Below, piece by piece: positions 18,543 through 62,550 of a stretch of DNA of 64,000 nucleotides. The position numbers were made by a program, and so were the translations under genes. The notes beneath the pieces were generated by a model, which was given only the letters and a program-made list of their open reading frames with translations, made no database searches and was not told the origin of the DNA. Positions within the stretch are counted from its first letter, which is position 1. The number at the start of each line of letters is the position of its first letter. Origin of the DNA: Chrysomallon squamiferum (Eukaryota > Animalia > Mollusca); contig CM022670.1 of the NCBI GenBank assembly GCA_012295275.1, positions 7,378,001 to 7,442,000 on the forward strand, in the 5' to 3' direction.

Positions 18543-18663
18543 TTCCCGAGAAAACGCCCATATTTCTCACAACGTGACAGACAACGAACCGGGACAGGAT
18601 ATATAAAAAGATGGAATCGCCGAAACGAAGTTTAGTGAGAAACAAGTTGAAGTTTTGTCAGCC
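18543..18663 (+). promoter_or_regulatory. TEP copy C core promoter and 5' UTR
   Basis: TATATAAAA at about 18600-18608 and TTC(N4)GAA at 18543-18552; paralogous to the other two promoters. Confidence 0.7.
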
Positions 18664-45901
<27,238 letters not shown>

Positions 45902-46029
45902 ACTGAAATTTGAAACGGATATGAACCGATAAGTCTACTAAGACTATTAAAATTGTCTTATTTTAAAATATGGTAAAAAATACAAATGCAAATTCTCGTT
46001 ATTGTGGTATTTTTCTGTATTTATGTATG

Positions 46030-46113
<84 letters not shown>

Positions 46114-46408
46114 GATAAGTTGTAAAGTGTGACTGACATCAAAACACGGTACAAAAGTAAAACTGTACTGAGTTGATGTAGATCAAGACTTCACAGATCG
46201 CTGCTCTGTGAAAACAAACATTATCGTGTAGTCTACGAGGAAACAGTCACCGAGACCAATGAAATGTCTTGTCAGCGGGTAAATGAATAACATTAACTTC
46301 GAGTGTATGTAAATATTTTAGTTAGGTGTTTAAATTGTTAACAACAACACCAATAAATAAATAGATAAATGAATTATGCTACCAGATAATAAACAATGCA
46401 TTCCTTCG

Positions 46409-46452
<44 letters not shown>

Positions 46453-47487
46453 TTTTAAAATAGCAGAAACTGATAAGATATTAGAATAAAAAATAGATAT
46501 ATGTAGGAAAAGGAAAATATACATATTAAAAAAATTGTAGAGAATTAAGATGGCTGTAATAAGAATAATAATAATAATAAATAATAATTGTCTTGCAATG
46601 TTTTCCGTTCGTTATTTATGAATTCATTCATTCATTTATTCATTTACTCATTAATTTATTCATTCATTCTTTCGTTCCTTAACTTATAATGCCATGTACT
46701 TCGTTAAGTACAGTAAATGCGTAGGTTATACTAAGCTACTGCAATAGCTTCTATATAACAGTTTTTCGTTAATTTGCATAATTATAGTAGACGTTCGTAG
46801 CTGAAAGAAATTACATAACACATTAACCGAAGAATAAACACTTTAATTTGTGACTCATCTAGAAATAATTTCAACATTAAGTCAGTTAATGTCCAGTTAA
46901 AGTGAATTTGAAGAAAGGCAGCTAAATATATTTTGATATTAGATGCGTATCTTTTGTATGATTGTTTTATAATGATAATAAGATAAAGGATGGTCGGAGA
47001 TAATTTGTATTATCATAATTATTAAAAGTCAAATTCTATCGGCTGGTTGGATTCCTACTGTGATCTTTACCGATTTAATCTAGTGAAGCGTAAATGACAA
47101 AGTACAACACGGTTACACACTTTGTCTTTATCTCCTGTTAACACACCGAAAAATAACATATACATGCATTATAAAAAAAATATATAGATATTAAAACAAG
47201 TGCCCCATTTCATAATTCTGAGGACTAGCGAATGTGCGTCACGTTTGACACACGTCATGATGTATCCCTGTCAGTGCCAGAGATCCGGAATTCAGTTATT
47301 TTTTTATCTTTTTAATAATTTGATCTAGATATATAATGCAGTTTTTAAAACAAACATATCTCGTTCCTTACATTTTTATTAACTTTTTACATCAAAGAAC
47401 AAAGAAAATCGTAAGCTTCCGCAGTAATCACTGCTTGTTTATTAAACAGGAAAGGAAAGAGAAAAACGTTAATCTGGTATTGTAGTT

Positions 47488-50137
<2,650 letters not shown>

Positions 50138-50588
50138 TAACCTTTAGAAATAAATCAGTGAAATAAATAAACAGTATCAAAGACAATTCAATAACGATGA
50201 ATAATTATGATATTAAGATAACAATATCATCGGTAACGCAATAGTTAAGCATTCCTGTTATTAAATTAACAACATCGACGACAACAACGGCTAAATATTA
50301 TTAATATTAAATTAACATCGTCAACAACAACAGAACTGTCAGTAACTAGTGATATTAAATTATTGATCTAGTTTAATTTCTGAAGACAATAACCGTTGCT
50401 TACAAATGAAAAGAGCAATAGGTTAGACGGTGTAAAAACCTGCTATCAAACTGTAGTACTGTTTAACAAACAAACAAAAGTAACCAGAATAAAATAAAAT
50501 AAAATAAAATAAAACAAAACCGAAAAAAAGAAGAAAAAAAGAAAAAAGAAGAAGAAAGTAACAAACACATGAATGATAAATGAATAAG

Positions 50589-50619
<31 letters not shown>

Positions 50620-50623
50620 ATAC

Positions 50624-50732
50624 CTTTAAAATGTTTCACACCACTGATATTTAATTCACGACTAAACGTTTGGTACTGGTAGTATGATTATATACATTCT
50701 ATCCCGGATGTGCACGTGATATTCCCGGATCC
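50624..50732 (-). promoter_or_regulatory. Putative promoter and non-coding exon 1 of the four-repeat gene
   Basis: Minus-strand donor AAG|gtattt at 50624, TATA-like TATATAA at about 50688-50694, and an upstream cccggatgtgcacgtgatattcccggatcc block (two CCGGAT ETS-like cores flanking an E-box CACGTG). Confidence 0.55.
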
Positions 50733-51104
50733 GATCGGTGACTGTGATGTAAAAGACTAGTTAGTGTAAACAGTGGTGTGCGAGGCATGTTGTTGTTGTC
50801 GTCATCGTTGTTATTGTATGTAACAAGTAACTTATAAATTACCAGGTTATGCAAATACTGACGCCGCACCTTAACCGAGTTTTTAACCACAAAATATAAC
50901 AAAAATACACTTTAAAAAAGTGCGTTCTTATTGTCACAAACAGTATGGAATGAAGTAGTAAACAGGATGTATATATGTCACAGCTCTATCAGCAGGTCAG
51001 CAGTATCAATAGGATCGGTTTCGAATTACGAACATGTTCAGTGTACAATTACATCATTTTATGTGCATTTTATGTATATATAATGATAACTTTCGCTACT
51101 TATA

Positions 51105-51383
<279 letters not shown>

Positions 51384-51998
51384 GTTTGTGTATATATATT
51401 TGTGTATGTTAGTGTGTGTCTGTGTCTGTGTATGACTCATTTTATCTATATCTTTCTTTCCCTCTCTTACTTTTCTTAATTTTTTTTTATCGTCTGAATA
51501 AAATTAATGAAAAATTAATTGATGAATGATATGTAATTCACGTCTGCAAATAGCTGTTGAAATTCTTCTATTAAATCTTACTTCTCCTCTGTTTAGCTGC
51601 AGGTGATTTGTACCGTGAATATTATTATTTTTGTATCATCTATCTTTGATACAGATCTAGATAAATGGATTTAAAAATAGGAAATAAAACATTATACAGA
51701 TGCAGATTAGATCATAAATTTTACGTTTGTTGTTACAGTCTACAATGTTTTCATTCAAATGAGATACACCAAAGAACACCGACATAATTTTATGAATATA
51801 ATACAAAACAAAACTTTTAAAAATGTTTGCCTATTTCGATAGAATAGAAATTATTAAATATGATCTGCTTCAATTATTAAATACTTCACTGCTTTATTTT
51901 AAAGTGGTTTTATTAATTAAAAATTACTATTGCTATTACTATTATTATCGTCACCATTATCATTATTATTTGTATCACTAATAGTATTATTTTTATTA

Positions 51999-52041
<43 letters not shown>

Positions 52042-52514
52042 GCTAGTATTATTGCTATTATTATAACGACAACGATGAGAGTATGATTCGGCGAAAAATA
52101 CGCAGTTTATTTCGATACAGATACATTAGAGCTTTTTGTAGGAATTTTTATTAGTGTTATATTTCTTCTTTTCTTTTTAAATTGTTTTTCTCCATTCCGG
52201 CTGTATTCCGTGTTTTTATAAGTATAGTTGCCTTTTATTATTCAGTGAGCTGTGTTACCAAAAACATATTTATTATAGAAGCAACGTTTATATATATATA
52301 TATTAAATTCATTACATTTCGCTTTACGTATTCAAAAGTTCAGGCATAAGCTAGCAGAGATATCAGTTGTTCGATGTGATATGTATTTAATGGAATCACA
52401 GTACATTATTAATAATACATCATGAAATTCATAAAAATCGGGAAAGAGAAACTGTTAAGATGCTTGTAAAACACTTTATATCAACTAGATGATTATTTTT
52501 ATTCATTAATTAAA

Positions 52515-52592
<78 letters not shown>

Positions 52593-54546
52593 GTCTCTCT
52601 TTTTTCAATTTAATGCTAGCGAAAACAATTACGTTACCATATTTTATTTATTAATCTTTATAATTTCAACTACACATTATACCTCGAAAGGTATTTGATG
52701 CTTCCTGATTTAATATATTGTGTTAGACATATATTAACTGATTTTTATTGCGACTGTCATTACCCACATTCTGATGAACCTTTAACCTACATAATATCAG
52801 TGTGTTCTCATTATCATCATCATCATCATCATCTTATCATCATTATAATTACCTTTAACACCACTGTCATTATCATTTTAATTATTTTTGTTATTATTAT
52901 TACTACCACTACTCCTACTGCTACTACTACTACTACTACTTCTGCTGCTGCTGTTAATATTATTACTACTGCCAAAGGTAATGGCATTATAATTCGTTTT
53001 CTTTGGCTGGCAGTAGTGTTTTGGATCAATGCATGAACGTTTGTTTTTTTGGACAATATATATTCGAAAATAGACAAAAATAGTCGAAGGATTCTTCCTC
53101 CAAACATTGTAGTCGGCATTGATCGATTGTTCACCAAAGTAAAATTATTTTTCCATCCCATTGCAAGATTATTGCAACTACTACAACTGCTACCACTACT
53201 ACTTCTAATACTAATACTTCTACTACTACTACTACAATTACTACTATTTCTGCTACGAGAACTTTTCTTACTTCTAAACTACTATTACTATTACTATTAT
53301 TACTTTACTGTTATTATTATTATTGCTGTTGTTATTATTATTGTTATTATTATTTTCTTCTTTTTTATCATTTGGTCGATTGACGTAAGCAAATGCTGTC
53401 ATCTCAATCAAAGAAAATCTAATATTTAGTTTACACAAAGTAGAAGTGTAAACACAATCTGTTTCTTTTTTATTTGAAAACTGATAATGTCTCTGCCAAA
53501 GTACTGTATTCTCAGGTGTGAATATTAGTATTTTCTGTCTTTTGAAACTTTCACTTGTATGTGTAACAGGTATGTTGGTATCATTGTTCTGTGTTTTCAT
53601 CTTACGTAGGTAACAGATATCTGCTGTATTTTCATCTCATGCAGGTAACAGTTGTCTAAGTGCTCTGTTCTGACATTTTCACCTGAAGAGATCATAAATT
53701 TGTTTGTATCATTGTAGTGTATTCTCACCTTTGCATATGCGACATGGAATGAAAAAAAAACCCCAGCAAAAACTCAGTAAAGTATCTTTGCACTTAGGAA
53801 TATCACTGGTGTTTCTCCGTCCGTATACTACTCTCTTTTTGTCTCTCTGAATTTCTTTATGAATCTCTCTCCATTTCTCTCTCTTCTTCTTTCTCTATAT
53901 TATTGTAAATCTACTGTAAGTTTTTCCAAAATATAATTATATATTAAATGAAATTATCAACTGACCAAAACATGTTTGAATAAATCCGAATTTACGGTTT
54001 TAAACAGTATTTATTTTTATTTTTTAAATATATATATACTGTATTTTTTAAAAATAATTTTTATATTATTATTTTATTTTATTGCTTGATTTGATATCTA
54101 CATTATAAGAGATTAACTAAAACTGGTTTGGGGTAATTATCAGTTATAGTAATTACAAATTTGAAAACCATCTTGCTGTGTAGTTACCATCGAAATTTCT
54201 TAAAAGATATATAACAGATATGAAAAATTTCTGCATTAAAGAAAGGTATACACAAAGAAACAAATAACAATAACAAACAAACAAACAAACAAATAAATAA
54301 AAAAAAATAAAAAAAAAAAAAAATAGAATCAAAGAAAAACACGAAAGTAGATGATAAAATATGTAGTGATGAGTGAGAACAGAAAAGTTATTTGAAAATT
54401 TAAAAACAGATTTTAAAGAACCCAGTACCAGTCATTTAAGTCAATATGAAATTTGTCAACGTCGGAGATTTTGTGAGACAAATGACGTGTACTTGTCACC
54501 TGATAATTACAGGTAATTATTACCTTCACTGGGCTCTGGCATCGTG

Positions 54547-54668
54547 TTCCTTGGAATACGCCCATATTTCTCACACCGTCACAGATGTCGCTTTCGGGAT
54601 GGGATTTATAAAAAGATGGAATCGCCGAAACGAAGATCAGTGAGAAACAAGTTGAAGTTGTGTCAACC
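54547..54668 (+). promoter_or_regulatory. TEP copy D core promoter and 5' UTR
   Basis: TTTATAAAA at about 54605-54613 and TTC(N4)GAA at 54547-54556; paralogous to the other two promoters. Confidence 0.65.
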
Positions 54669-55329
54669 ATGAGGTAATGTATATACGTATATTCTTTTAA
54701 TTTGTTAGGTTTGACACACACATACACACACACACACACACACACATACATAGACGCATATAGACATAAACATATGCACACTGCGGCTTTGAAATTGTTT
54801 TGGAGTAGGGGATATTAGGTTAAAGTAAAAGGCACAAAGTATTTTATCATTTTTAACAGAAACACTAACGAGATGTGAAGCTGAAGGCAGAGTGCAAATT
54901 TCATAATTGCAACAGGATCTGTAGTTAAACCTTAATACACATACTTGATATTCAGTTTGAAAAAACACAGTTTGATTAAGTCAAATATTTATTTTTACGT
55001 TTTTTTTCCCAATACCCACACGTGTCAAGATGTACGTGTTTTTCACATACGCAAGACGATGATATACTTGCTTTTATTAGACAAAAAACACTGAATTATT
55101 TTATTTTTGTTTGGTATTTTTGACTTCATCTAAAACAAAAACTTTAAAAAAATCTGTTCATCTCGTATGCTGGTATTCTGGATTTGTTCTGTTTCATCAT
55201 AGAATATAATGTGTTCTGCAAGATATATATCTAATTGTTCATTAATATGAAAACGAAAACAGTATTTTATTGTGTTAGTTAATAATATGTTTAATGGATA
55301 AATTATCTATTTCTCGCAAACATTTCTAG

Positions 55330-55425
<96 letters not shown>

Positions 55426-55511
55426 AAAATATTATGTCACACATGTATTCGAAAAATTCAAGTTACATGTTTTATTTATATTTGCAGGTTTTCACACATC
55501 ATGTTTACATT

Positions 55512-55531
55512 CCCTCTAGTCCAACAATTTC

Positions 55532-55562
<31 letters not shown>

Positions 55563-58511
55563 GCCAATGGTCCTTTTATTGATTTAAAAGATGCTATAAA
55601 CACCTTTAACTAAAAGGAATAAGAATATGAATATAGGTAACTTATTTACATTATTATTTTTTTAGCCACATGTCTTTTTTATTAATTTAAAAGATGCAAT
55701 AAACACCTGCAACTAAGAATAAGAACATGAACGTAGTTAACTTATTTACATTTATTATGTACATAGTTTTTTTTTTTAAATCCGATAACCGGGTTAGTAT
55801 GGTCTGAAAGTGAGTACGTATACTACGTATAGTTTTTTTTTTAATTATTAATTTAATTGGCTATTCAAATTGATCCATCAATACGCTGATCCATCCATAG
55901 ATCCACCAGCTGTTCAACCAATCAATCTGTAAGTCAATACATACATTCAAAAACAAAAAAAAATCAAACTCTCAACTCAAAGAGTCTAAAGTTTGTGTTT
56001 GTGTTCAGAATGTATCTTGTTACTGCAACGATGACTAACTCTGTCTTTTCGTGTTTGGTGCCAAGATATTTTGGAGCATGAACTCGATTTTAGTTCCTCC
56101 AATGTGTTGCGTAGTGCTTGTCTTTCACTGGCGAAATTTTTGACAGAAACAAATAATGTTTCATTGTTTCAGCGAGTTCACAGCTGCAGTTGGGTGATGT
56201 GGTATTGTGGTATTTGTATCAGTTTAAGTTGGTCGAGTAACCAATTCTGGCTTTGGTGACTGGTTTGATGTTCAAATGCCATTTGTTTTGGTGTTGTTCC
56301 ATTCGTTTTGCCACTGTTTGTCAAATGTTTGGCTGCGATGGAAGATTTCGTTTATTCCGCAGTGTATATCAGGTGCAGATGTCTTCGTCTTTAATGCTTT
56401 GAGGACTGTTTGGCGTAATGGTCGGCAAAGTTCGCTGCAGATGATGCCGACGCGTATTAGGGAGCCACTCGATGATTAGTTGTTTACCGAATTGTATGTA
56501 TGGGGTTTGTTTGTGAGATCTTTGGCTATAAAGGCGAATTCTACTCCGTTGTCTGGGTTTTTTGATCCGTCAGTGTAGATGTGTGTGTGTTGTTTTTGTG
56601 AGTGGTCGTTTATGCTGCTAAAATATGGCTTTTTTTTGAAGGTGGAACCACTTTGTGTTTTTTGCTCTGTTTCTGTTTTGATCAGAAAAGGTGTGTTTAT
56701 TGCTGGTTTTGTTTCTTTTGTGTATGCCGGCACTGGCATTTCCCTATTCCCTGTTTCCTTTCGATTTCCTGGTTGTTTTAAAGAAATTCGATGGTAGTAG
56801 ACTATGCGCTTTAAAGGGTTGCCCTGTTCTTTGTTGGTCGGGGACCAAGATCATAGCAAGTCGTCTGTGAGGGGAGGTGTATATTTTCAAGAGTTGTGTT
56901 CGGTAGCTGCGGCTGTCTTCTGTTTTTCAGTGGTTGGATGCTGTATTCCGACAGGATGCTGTATTCCCGACAGAGGAGGCTGTCCGGATGGTATTGTATT
57001 TTGGCAGGTGGCCGATCCACTCTAGAGACACCTTCCTGGATTCGGATTAAATCTAGTTTTTTTGAAGAGTGTTCAGGGGAGCATTCGAGGTAAGCCGTGG
57101 CTCCAGTCAGACCTGATGGGATACATGCTTTGTATTTCAAAATTAATTTATCGTTGCTCCCGGAACTGGTTCAGAAGTTATGTAGAAGATTCAGTGGGTT
57201 TTTTGAATCTGAAATTATGTTGTCGTAATACTGGCATCGAAGTTGAGTTGGCAGTCAAATGTCATACCTAAAGTGAAAATGTATTTGGTTTGTGCTATGA
57301 CGTTGTTATCGATATTTGGTGTGGATTTTGTTGTTGTCTGATTTTTGTTGAAAGGAGGCATGTCGTTTTCGAAAAGAAATCTTTATACCCCATTTCAACG
57401 CCAATCGTTGCGTTGTTTAGGTATTTTTGTATTTGTTTTCTGTATTGCTGCGGTCGATCTGCCTGCGCCAAAGAGCGTCGTCTGCAAAGTAATATTTTTA
57501 TTGGCTCGGTCGGTGGATTTTTGGCGTTGTCTTGTTTTGTCGAGGTGCTGTGACGATGTCGTTGATGTATATGTTGAAGAAGAGTGTTGGCGAGATCACG
57601 GATCCTTTGGGATGCCGTTTTCGATTCGTCGTTTTTCTCGGATGTGTGATCCTCATTCACGCTGACTGCTATGGATCTATTATTGTTGATGAAGTCTTTA
57701 AAGAAGTTGAACATGTTGCCTTTGATGTTGTTGTTGGTCATTGACGAGCAGTCCCTTCCCTTCATACCATGTCGAATGCTTTTTTAATGTCTAGGAATAC
57801 TGCGATGACCTTTTGTTTCCTAAAATTGGTTCATTGGTGTTTGCAGGCAGGTATCTGGTCGTTGTGATTGTGTTTCTTTCCTATGAAGCCGCTTTTGATA
57901 TTTGCTGATTAAATTGTTGTCGATTAGATGCTGGCTCAGGCGTGTTGATCATCGTTTCCAGTGTTTACGCATGTATGACGTCCTTGTGATCGGTCTGTAG
58001 CTGTTGGTAAAAATAAAGTGATCTTTGTGTGGTTTTGGCAAAAGCTGAAACATTCGACGTGTTTCCAGTTGTTGGAATTTTACCTGTAGTGTACATATTG
58101 TGTTGTAAAGATCGAGTGATGAGCAGTGTTTTATCTGTGGTAGGTGTAAGTATTGGTAGCTTATTTTATCTGGCCCCCATGGCTGTATTTTTCTTGTTTT
58201 TGAGGGGCATGTTTTAATTCGGGTGATGTTGAAGAGTTGGTTATATTTCAAGTATTCCTGGTGTCTGCGAATGTTCGTCGATTGTTAGGGTTGTCCAATA
58301 GTTTATTTGCGAATTTCGGTGGGAAGTTCGACTACGCTGAACTGGCGAAAGGTTTCGCTGAGTAGGTCCGCTTTTGCTTTGCTGGTTTTAGTTTTTTGCC
58401 GAAATTGTTGATTCTGTGTTGTTTTGATTTTTGCCTTGGAAGTTTGGTTACTTTGATCCACGCCTTGACTGATGTTTTGGTGGTCGATGTTGCTGCAAAA
58501 GTTCCCAGTAA
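55512..58511 (-). mobile_element. Second copy (3' part) of the same LINE, joined into exon 2 of TEP copy D and ending at the gap
   Basis: Colinear with about 19993-22995, including the poly(A), the duplicated 3' UTR segment, the same RNase H deletion and the same short internal duplication. Indel density rises towards the gap. Confidence 0.92.
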
Positions 58512-58711
58512 NNNNNNNNNNNNNNNNNNNNNNNNNNNNNNNNNNNNNNNNNNNNNNNNNNNNNNNNNNNNNNNNNNNNNNNNNNNNNNNNNNNNNNNNN
58601 NNNNNNNNNNNNNNNNNNNNNNNNNNNNNNNNNNNNNNNNNNNNNNNNNNNNNNNNNNNNNNNNNNNNNNNNNNNNNNNNNNNNNNNNNNNNNNNNNNNN
58701 NNNNNNNNNNN
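58512..58711. other. Assembly gap (200 N, placeholder size)
   Basis: Run of N between LINE sequence and TEP intron 16. Confidence 1.
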
Positions 58712-59258
58712 TGGTAATTGTTGTTATTGTTATTATGTAGAACTGATGGTGATTAGTAGTGATGTTTATAAATATAAATATATTCCAGGTTGTTGATGAA
58801 CTACTTGACTTTGATTCAATCACTTCCAACAGACGGGGATGGTGGTACCCAATCTACTACGGAGGGAGTGATGCCACTTCTGTCTTAAAGGTAAATTTTG
58901 TCATCATTATATCATCGTCGCCGTCTACGTCTTGATCCTTGTCGCAGATGACATCAACATCGTCATCGTCATTGCTGATGTCATCCGTATCCTTATCGTT
59001 GTCATCATCTCTAATATCGTTATCGTTATCATCACTGTCATTGTTATCATGACTGGAAAAGGCAACAACATTAGTAATGGTATTTGCTGACAATGATGAT
59101 GACCTTGCTATACAATTAATGTCGACAGTGAACTGCTGTTAAAAGTGACTAAAGTTTCCATATCCTTAGTCTACTGAACACGTCACGGAAAAGTGATATT
59201 CAACTTATTTTATTGATATATTTTATTATAAACAAAAATGTGAAACACACACACACAA

Positions 59259-59320
<62 letters not shown>

Positions 59321-61812
59321 GAAGAACTTAGTTTAAAACTATGTTTATAAAAATTCACTTTAATAATAGTAAACGTACTTGTCCTTGTTTCACTGTTCGA
59401 CTTAAAGAACTATTAAAATTAAATTCATAAAGCATTTTAATTATCTTCATCTTAATTAGGTTAATTTTCTTCTTTAGAATGCTGGTGTTGTTGTGATGAC
59501 CGATGCCTTGGTGTACAAACGCAGTCAGTATTTTTATTTTATCTTAGAAACATTAAATCTCTATTATCTGTATAAGCATATTTATATCCATTGTTATTCC
59601 ACTATATACATAAATAATTTGTAAAATGTAATTAGAACCCAGACCTGTTATGTTACATATCGCAGAATGAATTCTCATCGGTTTCCCATTACATTATTTT
59701 ATCTTCCTACTGTTGACATATGTTATAAGTCCGTAATATTTGGTTTGATTTTTATGAGAAGGTGCATAAAAGAAAGCTTGTGCTGCTTTGTGAGAGTAAC
59801 TCTAGGAATGGCGAACACGTGTTTCTTTCTCCCAATATTTTACAAGAAAATGTCTGACTGAAAACTTTTAATATTAAAATGTGCTGAGATGGTTTCGTCT
59901 ATTCATTCATTCTTACGGCCATTTTAAATCATTTTTACTACGCAGTGTTAATTTTGATTCATGCCCAAACTGTGAATTGTTTACAGAACCCACCTTCTTT
60001 TGGCGCGGCATGGATGGACCAGTTTTTATGAGATTTCGAACTACCATGCCCATGGCAGTGGGTGATGCCGGTCCAAATCTGGATGTGCGGGACACACCTG
60101 AAAGTTCCCTCATGCAAGTGAAGAGAGTGAGAAAACTTTTCCCCGAGCAGTGGCTGTGGTTCAATGCCACGTCAAAGTAAGTTATTTAGTTCAAAGTAAA
60201 ATAATCGTTGTTTTAAAATATCACTTGCAATCAAGAATGCTGAAAATAGATTGTAGTCTATTATTTCACTCGCTAATGCCAGTTATCGTTATGTATATGC
60301 GTGTGTTTGTATATGCGTGTCTATGTGTGTGTGTGTGTGTGTGTCTTTTTTCATGAAATGAAGAGCAACTTGGTTACAAATAAATCCAGTGACTGCGTGT
60401 GTGTGATTACTGATAACGTTTTGTATTTGTCTTGTTTCATGTAACGAAATGAAGACATATAGGTTACATAATTTTATCAGCAAATGAAAGAAAGATCTAT
60501 CCATGTTATTTAATCTATGTCTTAGTGTATATTTTCAAAATAACATATAATGATTATTTTTTTGCAGAACAAATGAATGAACACACATGGACTTGTTTAC
60601 ACAATGACAAGTAAACACTCAACATATAACTTTAACAGAATTACAGCTTACACACAGAACACACACACACACACACACACACACACCGTGTATACTTACA
60701 TATATACGTGCTTACTTTAATTTCAGTTTTGGTGGTTACACAGAGTTCCAAGCTGTCGTACCCGACACAATCACGTCGTGGGTGGCCACAGCATTTGCTG
60801 TCAGCGACACCAAAGGACTTGGAGTCACCGGTGATGCTGCAAACGTAAGTTTTAATAACAGATTATTATTATTATTATTAGTGTTGTTGTTGTTTGTTAT
60901 TTTTATTGTTGTTATTATCATTATTATTATTAATACTATTATTGTTGTTGTTATTATTAATAATGTTGTAATACGATTTAAATTTTTTTATGTTTGTATA
61001 TAGATAAAATATTATCGTCTTCATTAGAAATAACCTTAACTTTTGTGAAAATTAAAAAACAAAAACAGAACCAAATAAATAAAATACCCCCCTAAAAATA
61101 CCCAACGTAACTGCTTCTAATTATAATTAGACACTAAATGACATGAAATATAATTGTTTATCATTAAACATATCTTACACTATGTACATAAATTGTAGGT
61201 ATAGTCTACCATGTTTCAACGTAGATAGTAAATATAGTCTTCTAAAGGTAAAAAACAATACCAGTATCATTGACCTCATTAAACACATATTAATAGTCTA
61301 TCTTTGACCCACCTTCGTAAATTTAATATTTACCCTGTCGTTGATTTTTATTTTTATTATTTTTTTTTTTTCAGCTGAGAGTTTTTTCCGTTTTTCGTCA
61401 GTCTCAATTTGCCGTATTCTGTGACCCGCGGCGAGACTGTCATTCTTCAAGTTCTCGTCTTCAACTACCTCGGCCAGGATGTCAATGTACTGTGTCGTTT
61501 ATTCATTTATTCATTCATTCATTCATTCATTTGTTCTTTCGTTCTTTCATTTTACATTAACTTTATTATTCATTAATTCATTCGTTTATTGTTTCATATA
61601 ATCGTTGATATGGAATATTCTTACTAATAAGTAACTTTTTGTTTATGTATTTTTGTTTATAATCGTCGAATATTCACTGATTTAGTAATTCATTCACTAC
61701 TTTACTGATTGATTCGTAAAAAACCCCATTCACTCTTTATTTCATTTATTCAACAGTTAATTCATTCATTCTTTCGTTAATTCTTTAGTTTGATTATTTG
61801 TAAAAAAAAAAG

Positions 61813-61846
<34 letters not shown>

Positions 61847-62467
61847 AATCAAGAAAAAAAAATACAAATTAAAATAAAATTTAAAAAATAAACATACAAC
61901 CCCCCAACAAAACAAGAATCAAAACCTACTTAAATATGTCATCATTTCTAAATGTTTATAATAAAAAAAAAATATATATATATTTTACATTTTAATTACT
62001 AATTATTAATTAATCATTCATTTATTGATTTTAACTAAATTCTATATTTTTTATATTATTTTTTCAGTTATTATTTTTTTCCTCTACTTAGTTATTGGAT
62101 AATCATTGTAAAACTGTTGTAGGCTCAAATCTACGTACAGACAAAGACTGATTTTATATGAATAATTTTTATTTTTATTTTATTTCAGGTTGTGGTAACT
62201 CTTGACAAATCCGCTGATTTCTCTAATGTGATAATTGATTCCACTGGGGCAGAGACAACGGCGTCTCGAAATCAACAAGAAACTATCAGGGTTAGTTCGT
62301 CGTCTCTCTTTCTCTCTCTCTCTAAGTTTCTTTCTCTCTCAATGTATCTCTCTCTCTCTCTCTCTCTCGCTCTCTCTCTTTCTTTGTCTCTGTCTCTCGC
62401 TCTCTGTGTATATCTGTCTGTCTCTCTCTCTGTATGTAGATAGTCTTTGTCTTTGTTTCTCTCTAAG

Positions 62468-62550
<83 letters not shown>

